Shown here piece after piece: positions 19,556-32,421 of a stretch of DNA of 50,172 nt. Both the position numbers and the translations under genes were made by a program. The notes beneath the pieces were generated by a model. It ran no database searches, was not told where the DNA came from, and was given only the letters and a program-made list of their open reading frames with translations. Numbering within the stretch: the first letter of the stretch is position 1; each line of letters opens with the position of its first letter. Source of the stretch: Dehalococcoidia bacterium. GTDB lineage: Bacteria > Chloroflexota > Dehalococcoidia > DSTF01 > JACRBR01. The stretch lies in contig JBGQBE010000020.1 in NCBI GenBank assembly GCA_041494685.1, forward strand, positions 1 to 50,172. Direction: 5' to 3'.

Positions 19556-19988
19556 TCCACCGCCTCCTGCCCATCGATGTACGCCTGCAGGATCACCGCC
19601 GCCGCGAGGTCGTCCACCCGCGGCTTGCCGCGCCGCTTCGCGCCTCGCGCGTTCTCGATGCGGCCGCCCGCGGCGCTCGCCACGGCCGCGGTCGAGTACC
19701 GCTCGTCCTGGTACACCACCGGCAGGTCCACGCGCCGCGCCAGCGCATCGCCGAAGCGGCGCGACCGCCGCGCCTGCTCGCCCTCGTCGCCGGATATGTG
19801 CAGCGGCAGTCCTACCACGATCGTGGCCACATCCTGCTCCCGCGCCGCCGCAGCTACGCGGTCCAGGTCCGCCGACCGCGTCTCGTGCTCGATGATCGCC
19901 AGCGGCACCGCGATCCGTCCCTGGCTCACCGCCACCCCGATCCGGCGCTCACCTACGTCGACGCCCAGCAGGCGCCGATCCGCGCCCG

Positions 19989-19992
<4 letters not shown>
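19552..19992 (-). CDS. ruvX: YqgF/RuvX nuclease
   Basis: LGVDVGERRIGVA, VVGLP, DERYST, VDDLAAAVILQ; alaS-ruvX-mltG synteny. Confidence 0.95.
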
Positions 19993-22718
<2,726 letters not shown>

Positions 22719-22745
22719 AGGCGGCATTGTATGGGAGGTGGAAGC

Positions 22746-22784
22746 TAGATGTTAGATAGCGTCTAGCTGTTAGTTGTGAGTTGT
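22746..22784. repeat. Degenerate heptamer repeats
   Basis: TAGATGT TAGATAG cgtc TAGCTGT TAGTTGT GAGTTGT. Confidence 0.7.
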
Positions 22785-22897
22785 ACCGCCCCGCGTCGCT
22801 GGCATACTCTACGGTAAGCGGCACCATTGCAGCCGAGGCTCTCGTCGCCGTGCCGGACCCTCCCGCCGGGCGGAGCACACAGAAGGCGAGGTACCAC

Positions 22898-23389
22898 ATG
22901 CCTCCGATGTCCAGCCTCAGGACGTTCATAGCGGCGCTCCAGACAGGGGAAACGCGCACCACGCAAGCGCTCGACAAAGCGGTGGCGCGCAGGCGAGGTG
23001 TGAAAGCCGCGGGGCTCATCCAGCTATTACACAAGCGGGGCGCACTGAATGCTCCGCTACAGAGCGCGCTGCGTGAAGCGGTCGGGAGTGCGCCCCTCCC
23101 CGAGCAGTTCATCCAGCATTGCATCGACGGATGGCCGGACGCGCAGAAGGAGCAGATGCGTCGGACGCTCGTCGCCGCCATTCGCGATGGGCGCCGCGTG
23201 CGTTTCGCCTGGGGACTGACTCCGGTGGCCGGGTTCAAGACGGAGATCAGTGATACAGGCGCCGGCGCCGTCGTGATCACCGCCCTGACGCCGCGCTCGA
23301 GCCTGCGCGCTCATCAAGACGGCAACATCGACGTGGTGCCGCGCAAGGCGCCGGCAGCGCGCCGGCCCGCCGTAAGACCGCGCAAGTAG
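22898..23389 (+). CDS. Hypothetical protein
   Basis: Non-overlapping ORF with purine-rich GAAGGCGAGG before ATG 22898 and a basic C-terminal tail. No family recognised. Confidence 0.55.
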   Translation: MPPMSSLRTFIAALQTGETRTTQALDKAVARRRGVKAAGLIQLLHKRGALNAPLQSALREAVGSAPLPEQFIQHCIDGWPDAQKEQMRRTLVAAIRDGRRVRFAWGLTPVAGFKTEISDTGAGAVVITALTPRSSLRAHQDGNIDVVPRKAPAARRPAVRPRK

Positions 23390-23527
23390 GCGGCCGGGCC
23401 CCGCTCCCCGAAAAATGAACAGCGAGCTAGTCGGGCGGCTTGCCGAGCGTTGCGCTCGGCCGTTGCGGTGCCGGTCTGGGGAAACCTCTCGGTAGACGAC
23501 CCTACAGGCCGGTGAGATACTACTTCG

Positions 23528-24895
23528 ATGGAACGCGAGATCCGCTATTGCACGACTGAGGACGGCGTCCGTATCGCGTACTGCGTTGAGGGCGAAGGCC
23601 CGGACCTGGTGTGCTGTCCGGAGTTCGTCGGCTCCTTCTCGCTCGATCACCTGATCGACGATCAGATGGGGTTCTGGCGGACCCTGTGGCGCGGACGGCG
23701 CGTGGTGCGCTACGACATGCGGGGCACCGGGCTGTCGCAGCGGGACGTCGGTGACGTCACGCACGACACCCTGACGCTCGACGTGGCGGCGGTCGTCCGC
23801 GCGTCCGGCGCGCACCGATTCACGCTCTGGGCGAGCACCCTCAGTGGCCCGCGGGCGATCGACTACGCCGCACGGCACTCCGAGCAGCTGCGGCGGCTCG
23901 TGCTCCATCGCACCTTTGCCCGGGCGGCCGATCTGATGACGAAGGAGCAGGTCGTCAGCTTCGCCGAGCTGGCCCGGCTGCACCCGGACACGGCTGCGCA
24001 GGCGTTCGCCGACCTGCCCGGGCGGCGCGAGTTGCCGGACGCCGGTGTGCACGCGGCGCAGGTCTACAGCCAGTCGGCGTCGGGCGAGTTCGTCGCCCGG
24101 CTCCTCACCCGCGGGTTCGAGACGACTGACGTGACTCCCCTGTTATCGTCGATCCGCGTCCCCACGCTCGTCCTGCACTGGAGCGACGACCCCATGTTCT
24201 CGTTTCGTCTGGCACAGGATCTCGCCGCGAAGATTCCCCAAGCGCGCCTGGTACCGCTTCGGGAGGGCATCATGAACTATCTCGTCACCGGTCGCATCGT
24301 CGAAGTGCTCGACATCCTGAACGACTTCATCAGCGATGGCGCGCCCAGCGCGAGACCTGCTCCGAACCTCGCCGCGGGCTCCGTACAGACGATCCTCTTC
24401 ACCGACATCGTCGGCCACACGGAGATGATGCAGCGCCTCGGCGACGCGAAGGGCCGCGACGTGCTGCGAGAGCACGAACGAATTACTCGGGACGTGCTCA
24501 AGCAGCATGGTGGCCATGAGGTGAAGACGATGTTCGAGGGCGACGGCTTCATGGCGTCGTTCGGCTCCGTCACGAAGGCGATGGACTGCGCGATCGCCCT
24601 CCAGCGCGCCTTCGCCTCGGTCGAGCCCCCGTCTCCGCTTGCGGGAGAGGGGCTGGGGGTGCGGGCAGGCCTCAACGCCGGCGAGCCGATCGAAGAGGAC
24701 GGCGACCTCTTCGGCTCGACCGTGATCATGGCATCCCGTATCGCCGCGAAGGCCGGCGCGGGCGAAATCCTCATCCCCGAGCCGCTCCGCCACCTGCTCA
24801 CCGGCAAGAGCTACGTCTACGCCGACCGCGGCGAGACGATGCTCAAGGGCTTCGAGGACGCCGTGCGCCTGTACGAAGTGCGGTGGCAGGAGTAA
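23528..24895 (+). CDS. Alpha/beta-hydrolase-like plus class III adenylate/guanylate cyclase fusion (LipJ/Rv1900c-like architecture)
   Basis: TEDGVRIAY...GEGP...YDMRGTGLS hydrolase fold; TILFTDIVG...GDGF...GLNAGE...DLFGSTV..ASRI...LKGF cyclase domain. Confidence 0.9.
   Translation: MEREIRYCTTEDGVRIAYCVEGEGPDLVCCPEFVGSFSLDHLIDDQMGFWRTLWRGRRVVRYDMRGTGLSQRDVGDVTHDTLTLDVAAVVRASGAHRFTLWASTLSGPRAIDYAARHSEQLRRLVLHRTFARAADLMTKEQVVSFAELARLHPDTAAQAFADLPGRRELPDAGVHAAQVYSQSASGEFVARLLTRGFETTDVTPLLSSIRVPTLVLHWSDDPMFSFRLAQDLAAKIPQARLVPLREGIMNYLVTGRIVEVLDILNDFISDGAPSARPAPNLAAGSVQTILFTDIVGHTEMMQRLGDAKGRDVLREHERITRDVLKQHGGHEVKTMFEGDGFMASFGSVTKAMDCAIALQRAFASVEPPSPLAGEGLGVRAGLNAGEPIEEDGDLFGSTVIMASRIAAKAGAGEILIPEPLRHLLTGKSYVYADRGETMLKGFEDAVRLYEVRWQE
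24626..24665 (+). repeat. REP-like palindromic element translated in frame (PPSPLAGEGLGVR)
   Basis: CCCCCGTCTCCGCTTGCGGGAGAGGGGCTGGGGGTGCGGG: a hairpin followed by a G-rich tail. Confidence 0.6.
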
Positions 24896-24928
24896 CTCCC
24901 AACTTCCGACTCTCAACTCCCAACCCCT
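24894..24928. repeat. Heptamer tandem repeat (AACTCCC-like x5)
   Basis: AACTCCC AACTTCC GACTCTC AACTCCC AACCCCT, starting in the cyclase stop codon. Confidence 0.8.
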
Positions 24929-24984
24929 AGGCAACCTCCCTACCCTGATTCGCCGCTGCCGCCGCCCGGCCGATACTCCCTGAG

Positions 24985-26262
24985 ATGACGCAACGCGAAG
25001 CTACGGAGATCGAACCGCGCACGCGGCACGCGCTGGCCGCCGCGAGCGGCGCCTTCGCGCTCGCGCTGCTCGCGACGGCGCTGCTCGCGGCCGTCGGCGC
25101 CGTGCGCGTCGTCACCGCCCACGGCGGCGCGGGCGGCGACTTCCTCAGCTTCTACGCCGCCGGATCGATCGTGCGGCACGGCGGCCACGGCCTCTACGAC
25201 CCCGGCGTACAGGACTTCGTGCAGCACGCGCTCTACCCCGGCACGCTCGCCCACGCCACCGGCTACCCGCTGCCCGTCTTCGCGGCCTGGATCTTCGCGC
25301 CGCTCTCGAAGCTCCCGTTCGGCGCGGCGTTCCTCGTCTGGTGCGCGATCAACCTCGCGCTCCTCGCGACGCTCGCCGCCGCGCTCGAACGCCACCTCGC
25401 GGCCGTGCCGCGGCTGCCGCGCCGCGCGTTCGTCGCCGCCTTCGCGCTGTCGATCCCCGCCGTCACGGACGTCGTCTTCGGCCAGGTCGATCTCTTCGTC
25501 TTCGCCGCGCTCTTCGGCGCGTACCTGTTGCTGCGCCGCGAGCGCGAGGCGACCGCCGGCATCGTGCTCGCCGCCGTGCTGCTGAAGCCGCAGTTCCTGC
25601 TCGGCGTCGTGCCGATGCTCATCGCCTGGCGCCAGTGGCGCACGCTGCTCGCGCTCGCCGCGGCTGGCGTGCCGCTGCTCGTCGTCCCCGAGCTGATCAC
25701 GGACCCGCACGCCCTGATCGACAACCTCGCGCTCGTCGCCCGCTACCGCTCCGGCGACAATCTGCAAGTAAACGCGGCGCTGATGTCGAACTGGCGCGGC
25801 TTCATCGTCAGCACGACCGGCAACGACGCCGCCTGGCTATGGGCGCCCGGCACGCTGCTGATCGCCGCGGCCGCGTACGCCGTCGCCCTGCGCCGCTGGG
25901 CCGCCGCCCGCGACGGCGCCGCATCGGCCGACCAGTCGTACGCGCTGGCCGTCATGCTGCCGCTGCTCGTCTCGCCGCACCTCCATACACAGAGCCTGGT
26001 GCTGCTCTTCATCCCGCTGGCGATCTTCCTCCGCGGCCATTTCGCGCCCGGTGCGCCGCGCTCGCGCGACGTCACGCAGCAGGCCCGCACCGCGGCGCTG
26101 CTGCTGGCGCTGCACGCCGCCCTCTTCGCCTGCTGGCTCTGCACAGCGGTGGCGTTCGCGCCGGGCGTCTTCCTCGTCGCCGCCATCTTCGCCGCGGTCG
26201 CGTACCGCTGGCCCGATGCCGAGGCCGCCGCGCTCCCCCGGATCGCCGACCGTGCAGCCTGA
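24985..26262 (+). CDS. Glycosyltransferase family 87 (GT-C, DUF2029)
   Basis: DFLSFYAAG...LYD, YPLP..A..FAPL..LP, GQVD, LKPQ; polytopic. Confidence 0.85.
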   Translation: MTQREATEIEPRTRHALAAASGAFALALLATALLAAVGAVRVVTAHGGAGGDFLSFYAAGSIVRHGGHGLYDPGVQDFVQHALYPGTLAHATGYPLPVFAAWIFAPLSKLPFGAAFLVWCAINLALLATLAAALERHLAAVPRLPRRAFVAAFALSIPAVTDVVFGQVDLFVFAALFGAYLLLRREREATAGIVLAAVLLKPQFLLGVVPMLIAWRQWRTLLALAAAGVPLLVVPELITDPHALIDNLALVARYRSGDNLQVNAALMSNWRGFIVSTTGNDAAWLWAPGTLLIAAAAYAVALRRWAAARDGAASADQSYALAVMLPLLVSPHLHTQSLVLLFIPLAIFLRGHFAPGAPRSRDVTQQARTAALLLALHAALFACWLCTAVAFAPGVFLVAAIFAAVAYRWPDAEAAALPRIADRAA

Positions 26263-26311
26263 TCGCGCCAGCGCGCGCCGCCCGCCGCCGGTTCCCGCCG
26301 CGATGCCTCGC

Positions 26312-26341
26312 TTGACAGGTTCGGACGCGCGTCGATACGAT
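26312..26341 (+). promoter_or_regulatory. sigma70 promoter upstream of glmU
   Basis: TTGACA (26312-26317), 18 bp, TACGAT (26336-26341). Confidence 0.55.
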
Positions 26342-26382
26342 CCCTGCGGCCCGGTATCCCGGCGCGCCCGATGTGCGCCGGC

Positions 26383-27813
26383 ATGGGCACGAATTTGATC
26401 AACGATCCAGACGAACCTCCCCAGAATCCCGCAGCACCCTCGCACGCCCGCTGGGCTGCCGTGATCATGGCCGCCGGCCAGGGCATGCGCATGCGCTCGT
26501 CGCTCCCGAAAGTCGCCCACCCGCTCGCCGGCCTGCCGATCGTCCGACACGTCGTCGACGCCGCGCGCGAGGCCGGCGTCGACGATATCGTCGTGGTCGT
26601 CGGCGAAGGCGACGCGGCGGATGCCGTCCGTGCGGCCGCGGGCGAAGGCGTGCGCTTCGCCGTGCAGGTGCAGCCGCTGGGCACCGGCCACGCGGTCGAG
26701 TGCGCGCGCGAGGCCGCCGGCGCCGCCAGCCACATCCTGATCATGAACGGCGATGTGCCGTTGGTGCTGCCCGCCACACTGCGCCGCCTGATGGCCGCCG
26801 TCGCAGACGGCGCCGACCTGTCGCTGCTCTCGGCGCACGTGCCCGTCGAGGCGTACGGCTTCCTCGAACTCGACGGCGCCCGCGTCGTCTCGATCGTCGA
26901 GACGAAGGATGCGCCCGAACAGGACCGCGGCGAGCACCGTCACATCAACGCCGGCCAGTACGCCGCCCGCGCCGCGTGGCTCTGGCCGCATGTCGCCCGG
27001 ATCACGCCTGCGCCGAACGGCGAACGCTACCTTACGCAGCTCGCGAGCATGGCGCACGCCGAGGGCAACGCTGCCATCGCGGTCGCCGCCGAGGACGATG
27101 CGGAAGTGCGCGGCATCAACGACCGCGTCCAGCTCGCCGAAGCGGAGGCGACGGTCCGCGGACGCATCCGCCACCGCCACATGCTCGCCGGCGTCACGAT
27201 CACCGACCCGCCCTCTACCTTCATCGACGCCGGCGTCGAGATCGGCGCGGACACCGTCATCGCCCCGAACACGTACCTCCAGGGCGCCACCGCGATAGGC
27301 GCGGCGTGCGAGATCGGCCCCGGCACCCTCGTGCGTGATTCCCGCATCGGCGACCGCTGCACCGTGCGCTTCTCGATGATCGAGGAGTCGACGCTCGAAT
27401 CGGACATCGACGTGGGCCCGTACAGCCACCTGCGCCCGCGCTCCTACATCTGCAGCGGCGTCCATATCGGTAACTTCGCCGAGGTGAAGGCATCGCGGCT
27501 GGGCCCCGGCAGCAAGATGGGGCACTTCAGCTACATCGGCGACGCCGAGGTGGGCGCGGACGTGAACATCGGCGCCGGCACGATCACCGCCAACTACGAC
27601 GGCACGCGCAAGCACCGCACGACGATCGGCGACGGCGCGTTCATCGGCAGCGACACGATGCTCGTCGCGCCGGTGCGTATCGGGCGCGGCGCGCGCACCG
27701 GCGCCGGCTCCGTCGTCAACCGCGACGTCCCGGACGGTATGATCGCCATCGGCGCGCCCGCGCGCATCCGCGGCGGTGAGAGCGAGAAGGAGGCGGGCGG
27801 CCCTGAGCAGTGA
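26383..27813 (+). CDS. glmU: Bifunctional UDP-GlcNAc pyrophosphorylase / glucosamine-1-P acetyltransferase
   Basis: MAAGQG.RMRS.LPK, QPLGTGHAV, GIND, hexapeptide repeats, HFSYIGDA, NYDG. Alternative start 26371. Confidence 0.96.
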   Translation: MGTNLINDPDEPPQNPAAPSHARWAAVIMAAGQGMRMRSSLPKVAHPLAGLPIVRHVVDAAREAGVDDIVVVVGEGDAADAVRAAAGEGVRFAVQVQPLGTGHAVECAREAAGAASHILIMNGDVPLVLPATLRRLMAAVADGADLSLLSAHVPVEAYGFLELDGARVVSIVETKDAPEQDRGEHRHINAGQYAARAAWLWPHVARITPAPNGERYLTQLASMAHAEGNAAIAVAAEDDAEVRGINDRVQLAEAEATVRGRIRHRHMLAGVTITDPPSTFIDAGVEIGADTVIAPNTYLQGATAIGAACEIGPGTLVRDSRIGDRCTVRFSMIEESTLESDIDVGPYSHLRPRSYICSGVHIGNFAEVKASRLGPGSKMGHFSYIGDAEVGADVNIGAGTITANYDGTRKHRTTIGDGAFIGSDTMLVAPVRIGRGARTGAGSVVNRDVPDGMIAIGAPARIRGGESEKEAGGPEQ

Positions 27814-29056
27814 CCGTACGCTCGAAGCCCTGCTGTTGATCGCCGCTCTGGCGCTCCTCGCCGTCGTCGCCGCGGCCGAGGCCGGCGTCGCCGCTTCCAG
27901 CCGCATGCGGCTGCGCGCCATGGCCGGCCGCGGCAGCCGCCGCGCCGACGTCCTGCGCGCCTACATCGAGGAGCGCGCGTCGACGCTGGGCGCGCTCGCG
28001 GTCGTACGCAACTTCGCGATCGTGGCCACGGCCGCCATCGCGATCTTCATCGCGACGCGCGCGCGCGGCCACGACTGGGCCACGCTGTTGTATGTTGCGC
28101 TCGCCGTGCTCGCCGCCGTAGCGCTCATCGACGCCCTGCCGCGCATCGTCGTCTCGCGCCGTCCGGAGCGCTGGGCCGTCGCGCTCCTGCCCGTCATCCG
28201 CCTCTTCCGCACCCTGTTCGGCCCCCTGGCGTCGGCGATCGACCGCGGCCTTCGCTCCGCCGTCCGCGCGGGCGAGGGCGAGACCGAAGAGCTGCTGCGA
28301 CTGGCGAACATCGAGACGGACGGCGAGATCATCGAAGAGGAAGAGCGCCAGATGATCCGCGGCATCATCGAGATGGAGGACACGATCGCGCGCGAGATCA
28401 TGGCGCCGCGCATCGACATCGTCGCGCTGGACGTGAGCGAGACGATCGACGACGCGCTGTCGCTGATCGTCGAAAAGGGCTTCAGCCGCATCCCCCTCTA
28501 CGACGAGACGATCGACAACGTCGTCGGCATCATCTACGCCAAGGACCTGCTGCGCTGCATCACCGAGGACCGGCGGCCTGCGCTCAAGGACATCGCCCGG
28601 CCGCCCTACTTCATCCCGGAATCCAAGCGCGTCGACGAGCTGCTCGCCGAGCTGCGCCAGAGCAAGGTGCACATCGCCATCGTCGTGGACGAGTATGGCG
28701 GCACCGCCGGCCTCGTCACGATCGAGGACCTGCTCGAGGAGATCGTCGGCGAGATCCAGGACGAGTACGACCGCGAGGAAGCGCCGATCGAGCGCGTCAA
28801 CGAGAGCGAGGCGATCCTCGACGCGCGCGTCAGCATCGACGCGCTCAGCGAGCTGTTCGGCTTCGAGACGGACGCGGAGGACTACGACACCATCGGCGGC
28901 TTCGTCTACCACCACCTGGGCAAGGTGCCCGTCGCCGGCGACGAGGTGCGCGTGGACGGACTGACGCTGCGCGTGCTCAGCGTCCTCGGCCGCCGCATCA
29001 AGAAGGTCCGCGCGACCAAGTCCGCGCACGAGCAGGATCCCGCCGCGGCCCCCTAG
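27803..29056 (+). CDS. Hemolysin/CNNM family CBS-domain protein (CorC/HlyC/TlyC)
   Basis: N-terminal TM region, [41 protein letters not shown] and a CorC C-terminal domain. CTG start behind AAGGAGG. Confidence 0.92.
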   Translation: MSSDRTLEALLLIAALALLAVVAAAEAGVAASSRMRLRAMAGRGSRRADVLRAYIEERASTLGALAVVRNFAIVATAAIAIFIATRARGHDWATLLYVALAVLAAVALIDALPRIVVSRRPERWAVALLPVIRLFRTLFGPLASAIDRGLRSAVRAGEGETEELLRLANIETDGEIIEEEERQMIRGIIEMEDTIAREIMAPRIDIVALDVSETIDDALSLIVEKGFSRIPLYDETIDNVVGIIYAKDLLRCITEDRRPALKDIARPPYFIPESKRVDELLAELRQSKVHIAIVVDEYGGTAGLVTIEDLLEEIVGEIQDEYDREEAPIERVNESEAILDARVSIDALSELFGFETDAEDYDTIGGFVYHHLGKVPVAGDEVRVDGLTLRVLSVLGRRIKKVRATKSAHEQDPAAAP

Positions 29057-29092
29057 CCGCCGGGCGCCCCTCCCTCGTGTAAGATTGAGCAT

Positions 29093-30640
29093 ATGCACCC
29101 GCCGCGCACGCACACCTCCCGGACCCGCGATATCGCGCTGTACGGCGCGCTCGCCGCGCTCACGCTGCTGCTGACGTTCGCGCTGCGCTACCCCTCGCTG
29201 CTCGAGCCGCGCTGGTACGGCGACGAGGGGATCTTCGCGGCGATCGCCCAGAACATGCGCGACGGGCGCACGCTCTACTCACAGGCCTGGGACAACAAGC
29301 CGCCTCTGATCTTCTTCACCTACGCGGCGATCCAGTCGCTCTTCGGCACGGGTGTGTTCCCGCTGCACATGGTCACCACGGTCGCCGTCATGCTGACGCA
29401 AGGCGCGGTCATCGCGCTGGCGTTCGCCGTCTTCGGCGCGCCGCGCGCCGTCGTCGCGGGCGCGATCTTCGCCATGATCATGGGCACGCCCGTGATCGAA
29501 GCGAACCTGGCGATGACCGAGACCTACATGATCCTGCCGGCGTCGCTGGCGGCGCTGGTGTTCGTGCTCGCGCAACGGCGTGCCGAAGAGCAGCGCGGCG
29601 CGCTGTACGTGCTCGCCGGCCTGTTGCTGGGGGTTGCCGCCGGTTACAAGCAAGTCGCCGTGTTCGATGGCGCGGCCATTGGGCTGATGATCTGGTACAC
29701 GCACGAGCGCCCCTGGCGCGCCATCGCACCGCTCGCCGCGGGCTTCGCGCTGCCGCAGCTCGCGTTGGCCGGACTGTTCTTCGCCGACGGCGCGTTCGCC
29801 GGATACTGGTACGCGGTCGTCGGCTCACTCGGCCTGTACGCCGGCCTCAGCCCGGAGAACCCGGCCATCCGCTTCGGCGGCTACCTGCCGGCGCTGCTGG
29901 TCGTAGCATGGATGACGCGGCGCAAGGGACGCGGCGAGGCGATCGGCATCGAGTCGTTCCCGCTGCTCTGGCTCGGCTTCGCGGTCGCCGGCTCGGTATC
30001 AAGCTCGTTCGCGTTCCCGCACTACCTGCAACAGGCCGCGCCCGCCCTCGCGCTCACGCTGGCCACGCCGGCACGCGTGGAGGCGGAGCAGCGCGGCCAG
30101 GTCATGCTCGCCGCGGCGGCGCTCGCCGTCACCGCGATCGTCTCCTACCAGTTCGCGCCTGCCTACCACCAGCGGCGGCAGATCGACCCCGTCAGCTATT
30201 ATCGCGCGTTCATCGACCACCGCCGGGGCAACACGTCGGATCTGGAGTACGCCTACTACTTCGACGGCAAGACCGCGACCGTGCGGGACGTGGTCTCGAT
30301 CCTCAAGCGCGATGACGCCGGAACGTCCGTGTACGTATGGGGCGAGGTGCCCTGGATCTACGCCGCCGGCGGCTTCGCGAATCCCACGCGCTACTACACG
30401 TCGTTCCTGGGCGACGTGGTGCCCGGCGCAAAGGCCGAGATCATCCGCGACCTCAGCGCGCACCCGCCCGTCTACATCGTCGTCTCCGACGGCGCCTACG
30501 CCACGTTCGACGAGCTGACGGGCTTCCTGCGCGGCCGCTATACGGTGCTGCACGAGCAGGGCGACTGGCGGATCTACCGCCTCAGCACCGCGACGGGCGC
30601 GATCCAGCCGCTCTCGGCAGATCCCCAGCATCCGTCCTGA
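29093..30640 (+). CDS. Glycosyltransferase family 39 / ArnT-PMT-like (GT-C)
   Basis: GDEGIF...LYSQAWDNKPP, ETY, KQ and PHY motifs; polytopic. Confidence 0.82.
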   Translation: MHPPRTHTSRTRDIALYGALAALTLLLTFALRYPSLLEPRWYGDEGIFAAIAQNMRDGRTLYSQAWDNKPPLIFFTYAAIQSLFGTGVFPLHMVTTVAVMLTQGAVIALAFAVFGAPRAVVAGAIFAMIMGTPVIEANLAMTETYMILPASLAALVFVLAQRRAEEQRGALYVLAGLLLGVAAGYKQVAVFDGAAIGLMIWYTHERPWRAIAPLAAGFALPQLALAGLFFADGAFAGYWYAVVGSLGLYAGLSPENPAIRFGGYLPALLVVAWMTRRKGRGEAIGIESFPLLWLGFAVAGSVSSSFAFPHYLQQAAPALALTLATPARVEAEQRGQVMLAAAALAVTAIVSYQFAPAYHQRRQIDPVSYYRAFIDHRRGNTSDLEYAYYFDGKTATVRDVVSILKRDDAGTSVYVWGEVPWIYAAGGFANPTRYYTSFLGDVVPGAKAEIIRDLSAHPPVYIVVSDGAYATFDELTGFLRGRYTVLHEQGDWRIYRLSTATGAIQPLSADPQHPS

Positions 30641-30708
30641 CACACGGGCCCAACGGCGAGGTCCGCACCCTCTAGCCAACCATGCCTCCTCCGTCCTATA
30701 CTCGCCCT

Positions 30709-31818
30709 GTGGACGCAGTAGAACGTAAGTACTGGATTGCCTGCAGCCGCATCCCGCGCATCGGCCGTGCGCGCGTCGCGCAGCTGGAGGCCCACTTCGG
30801 GCGCCTCGAGCCGGCGTGGCACGCCGCCCCGTCAGAGTTGCGCGCCGCCGGCCTCGACGCCGCCACCGTCTCCGCGTTCGTGACGTCGCGCAGCGGGGTC
30901 GACCCGGACGCCGAGGCCCGCCTCCTCGACGAGCACGGCATCCAGGCGCTCACCTGGCACGACGACGCCTACCCGCGCCAGTTGCGCGAGGTCTACGACC
31001 GCCCGCCCGTGCTGTACGTCCGCGGTACCCTGACGCCGGCCGACGAGTGGGCCGTCGCGGTCGTCGGCACGCGCAAGGTCTCCGTCTACGGACGCCAGGC
31101 GGCCGAGGAGATGGCGCGCGGCCTCGCCGCCAACCACGTGACCGTCGTCAGCGGCCTCGCCCGCGGCGTCGATGCGATCGCGCACCGCGCCGCCCTCGAA
31201 GCCGGCGGCCGCACCATCGCCGTGCTCGCCTGCGGACTGGACCTTATCTACCCGCCCGAGCACAAACGCCTGGCGGAGGAGATCGCCGGGCGCGGCGCGC
31301 TGATCAGCGACTACCCCATCGGCACGCAACCCCGCAGCGAGTTCTTCCCGCGCCGCAACCGGATCCTCAGCGGCATCGCGCTGGGCGTACTCGTGATCGA
31401 GGGTGATCTCAAGAGCGGCGCGCTCATCACGGCGCGACAGGCGCTGGAGCAGAACCGCGAAGTCTTCGCCGTGCCCGGCAGCATCTATTCGCCGAACTCC
31501 CGCGGCACCAACAAGCTGATCCAGGACGGCGAGGCCAAGCTCACCCTCGACGTGCAGGACGTGCTGGCCGAGTTGAACCTGACGATGGCGTCCCACCAGA
31601 TCGAGATGGCCGAACTCGTGCCGGCCGACGAGACCGAGGGCGTGCTGCTGCGCCACCTGGGCGCGGAGCCCACCCACATCGACGAGGTGCGACGCGAGTG
31701 CGGGCTGCCGATCGCCATCGTCACCAGCACGCTCGCCATGCTGGAGCTCAAGGGCCTCGTGCGGCAGGTCGGCCGGATGAACTACGTCCGGACCCGCGAC
31801 GCCACGGCGGCACGCTGA
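30709..31818 (+). CDS. dprA: DNA-processing protein DprA
   Basis: YP..L.....PPVLY, AVVGTR, VVSGLARGVD..AH, FPRRNRI, SGALIT, VFAVPG and C-terminal wHTH. GTG 30709 lies 6 nt after TATACT. Confidence 0.96.
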   Translation: MDAVERKYWIACSRIPRIGRARVAQLEAHFGRLEPAWHAAPSELRAAGLDAATVSAFVTSRSGVDPDAEARLLDEHGIQALTWHDDAYPRQLREVYDRPPVLYVRGTLTPADEWAVAVVGTRKVSVYGRQAAEEMARGLAANHVTVVSGLARGVDAIAHRAALEAGGRTIAVLACGLDLIYPPEHKRLAEEIAGRGALISDYPIGTQPRSEFFPRRNRILSGIALGVLVIEGDLKSGALITARQALEQNREVFAVPGSIYSPNSRGTNKLIQDGEAKLTLDVQDVLAELNLTMASHQIEMAELVPADETEGVLLRHLGAEPTHIDEVRRECGLPIAIVTSTLAMLELKGLVRQVGRMNYVRTRDATAAR

Positions 31819-31825
31819 ACGAGCC

Positions 31826-32035
31826 TCAGGCCTTCACGATCTCGCTGTCCAGCAGCCGGTGATCGTGCCCGCACTGATCGAAATGCACGATGGTGTAGAT
31901 CTGCGACATCCCCGGCGACTGCTTCGACGGCCCGCCGACGATACCCAGGTCGCCGGCTCGCGCATGTTGCAGCAGGTGCGGCCGCCCGCGTCGAAACGCT
32001 TCGGCTTTCAGCCGCACCCTGGTTCCTGGCTTCAT
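31826..32035 (-). CDS. Small hypothetical protein (69 aa, possible SH3/KOW-like barrel)
   Basis: SD GGGAGG before ATG 32035; MKPGTRVRL...GDLGIV...YTIVHFD...EI pattern. Confidence 0.55.
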   Translation of the reverse strand: MKPGTRVRLKAEAFRRGRPHLLQHARAGDLGIVGGPSKQSPGMSQIYTIVHFDQCGHDHRLLDSEIVKA

Positions 32036-32421
32036 GGCGTCACCCTCCCTGCCGACAACGGCGGAACGCCCCCTCACGAGGACTTCAGCCTACTCTATCT
32101 CTCGCCATTTCGTCACTAGGGAGTTAATCGGATTTTTCTCACAGAATCTGAGGCCCTGCCGGCCTCCACCTCGAATCCGAGCTTCGCAGCCGGGGCGCTC
32201 CTCATATTTGGTACGCTCGTCGTGACGGAATGCGAAGGCCGCCCGCATGCACGGCTCGCCGCCGTCCGAAGCGGCACAGGGACACCGCGGAACCCCCGCC
32301 CACGTTCCGGGGCCGTGGCTTCAGGATCCTGTCGCCGAGCCGAGAACCCTGTTGTGCGGCGGCTGGCGGGGTCGTGTATAACTCTCGGGGCCTCGCAAGG
32401 CGGGGGAATTGATAGGGAACC

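Noticed and set aside
23440..23515. Hairpins upstream of the cyclase gene as a cyclic-dinucleotide riboswitch
   Set aside because: Stems exist (GCCGAGCG/CGCTCGGC, CCGGTCTG/CAGGCCGG) but lack conserved aptamer motifs and lie upstream of the putative leaderless promoter. More likely a terminator region.
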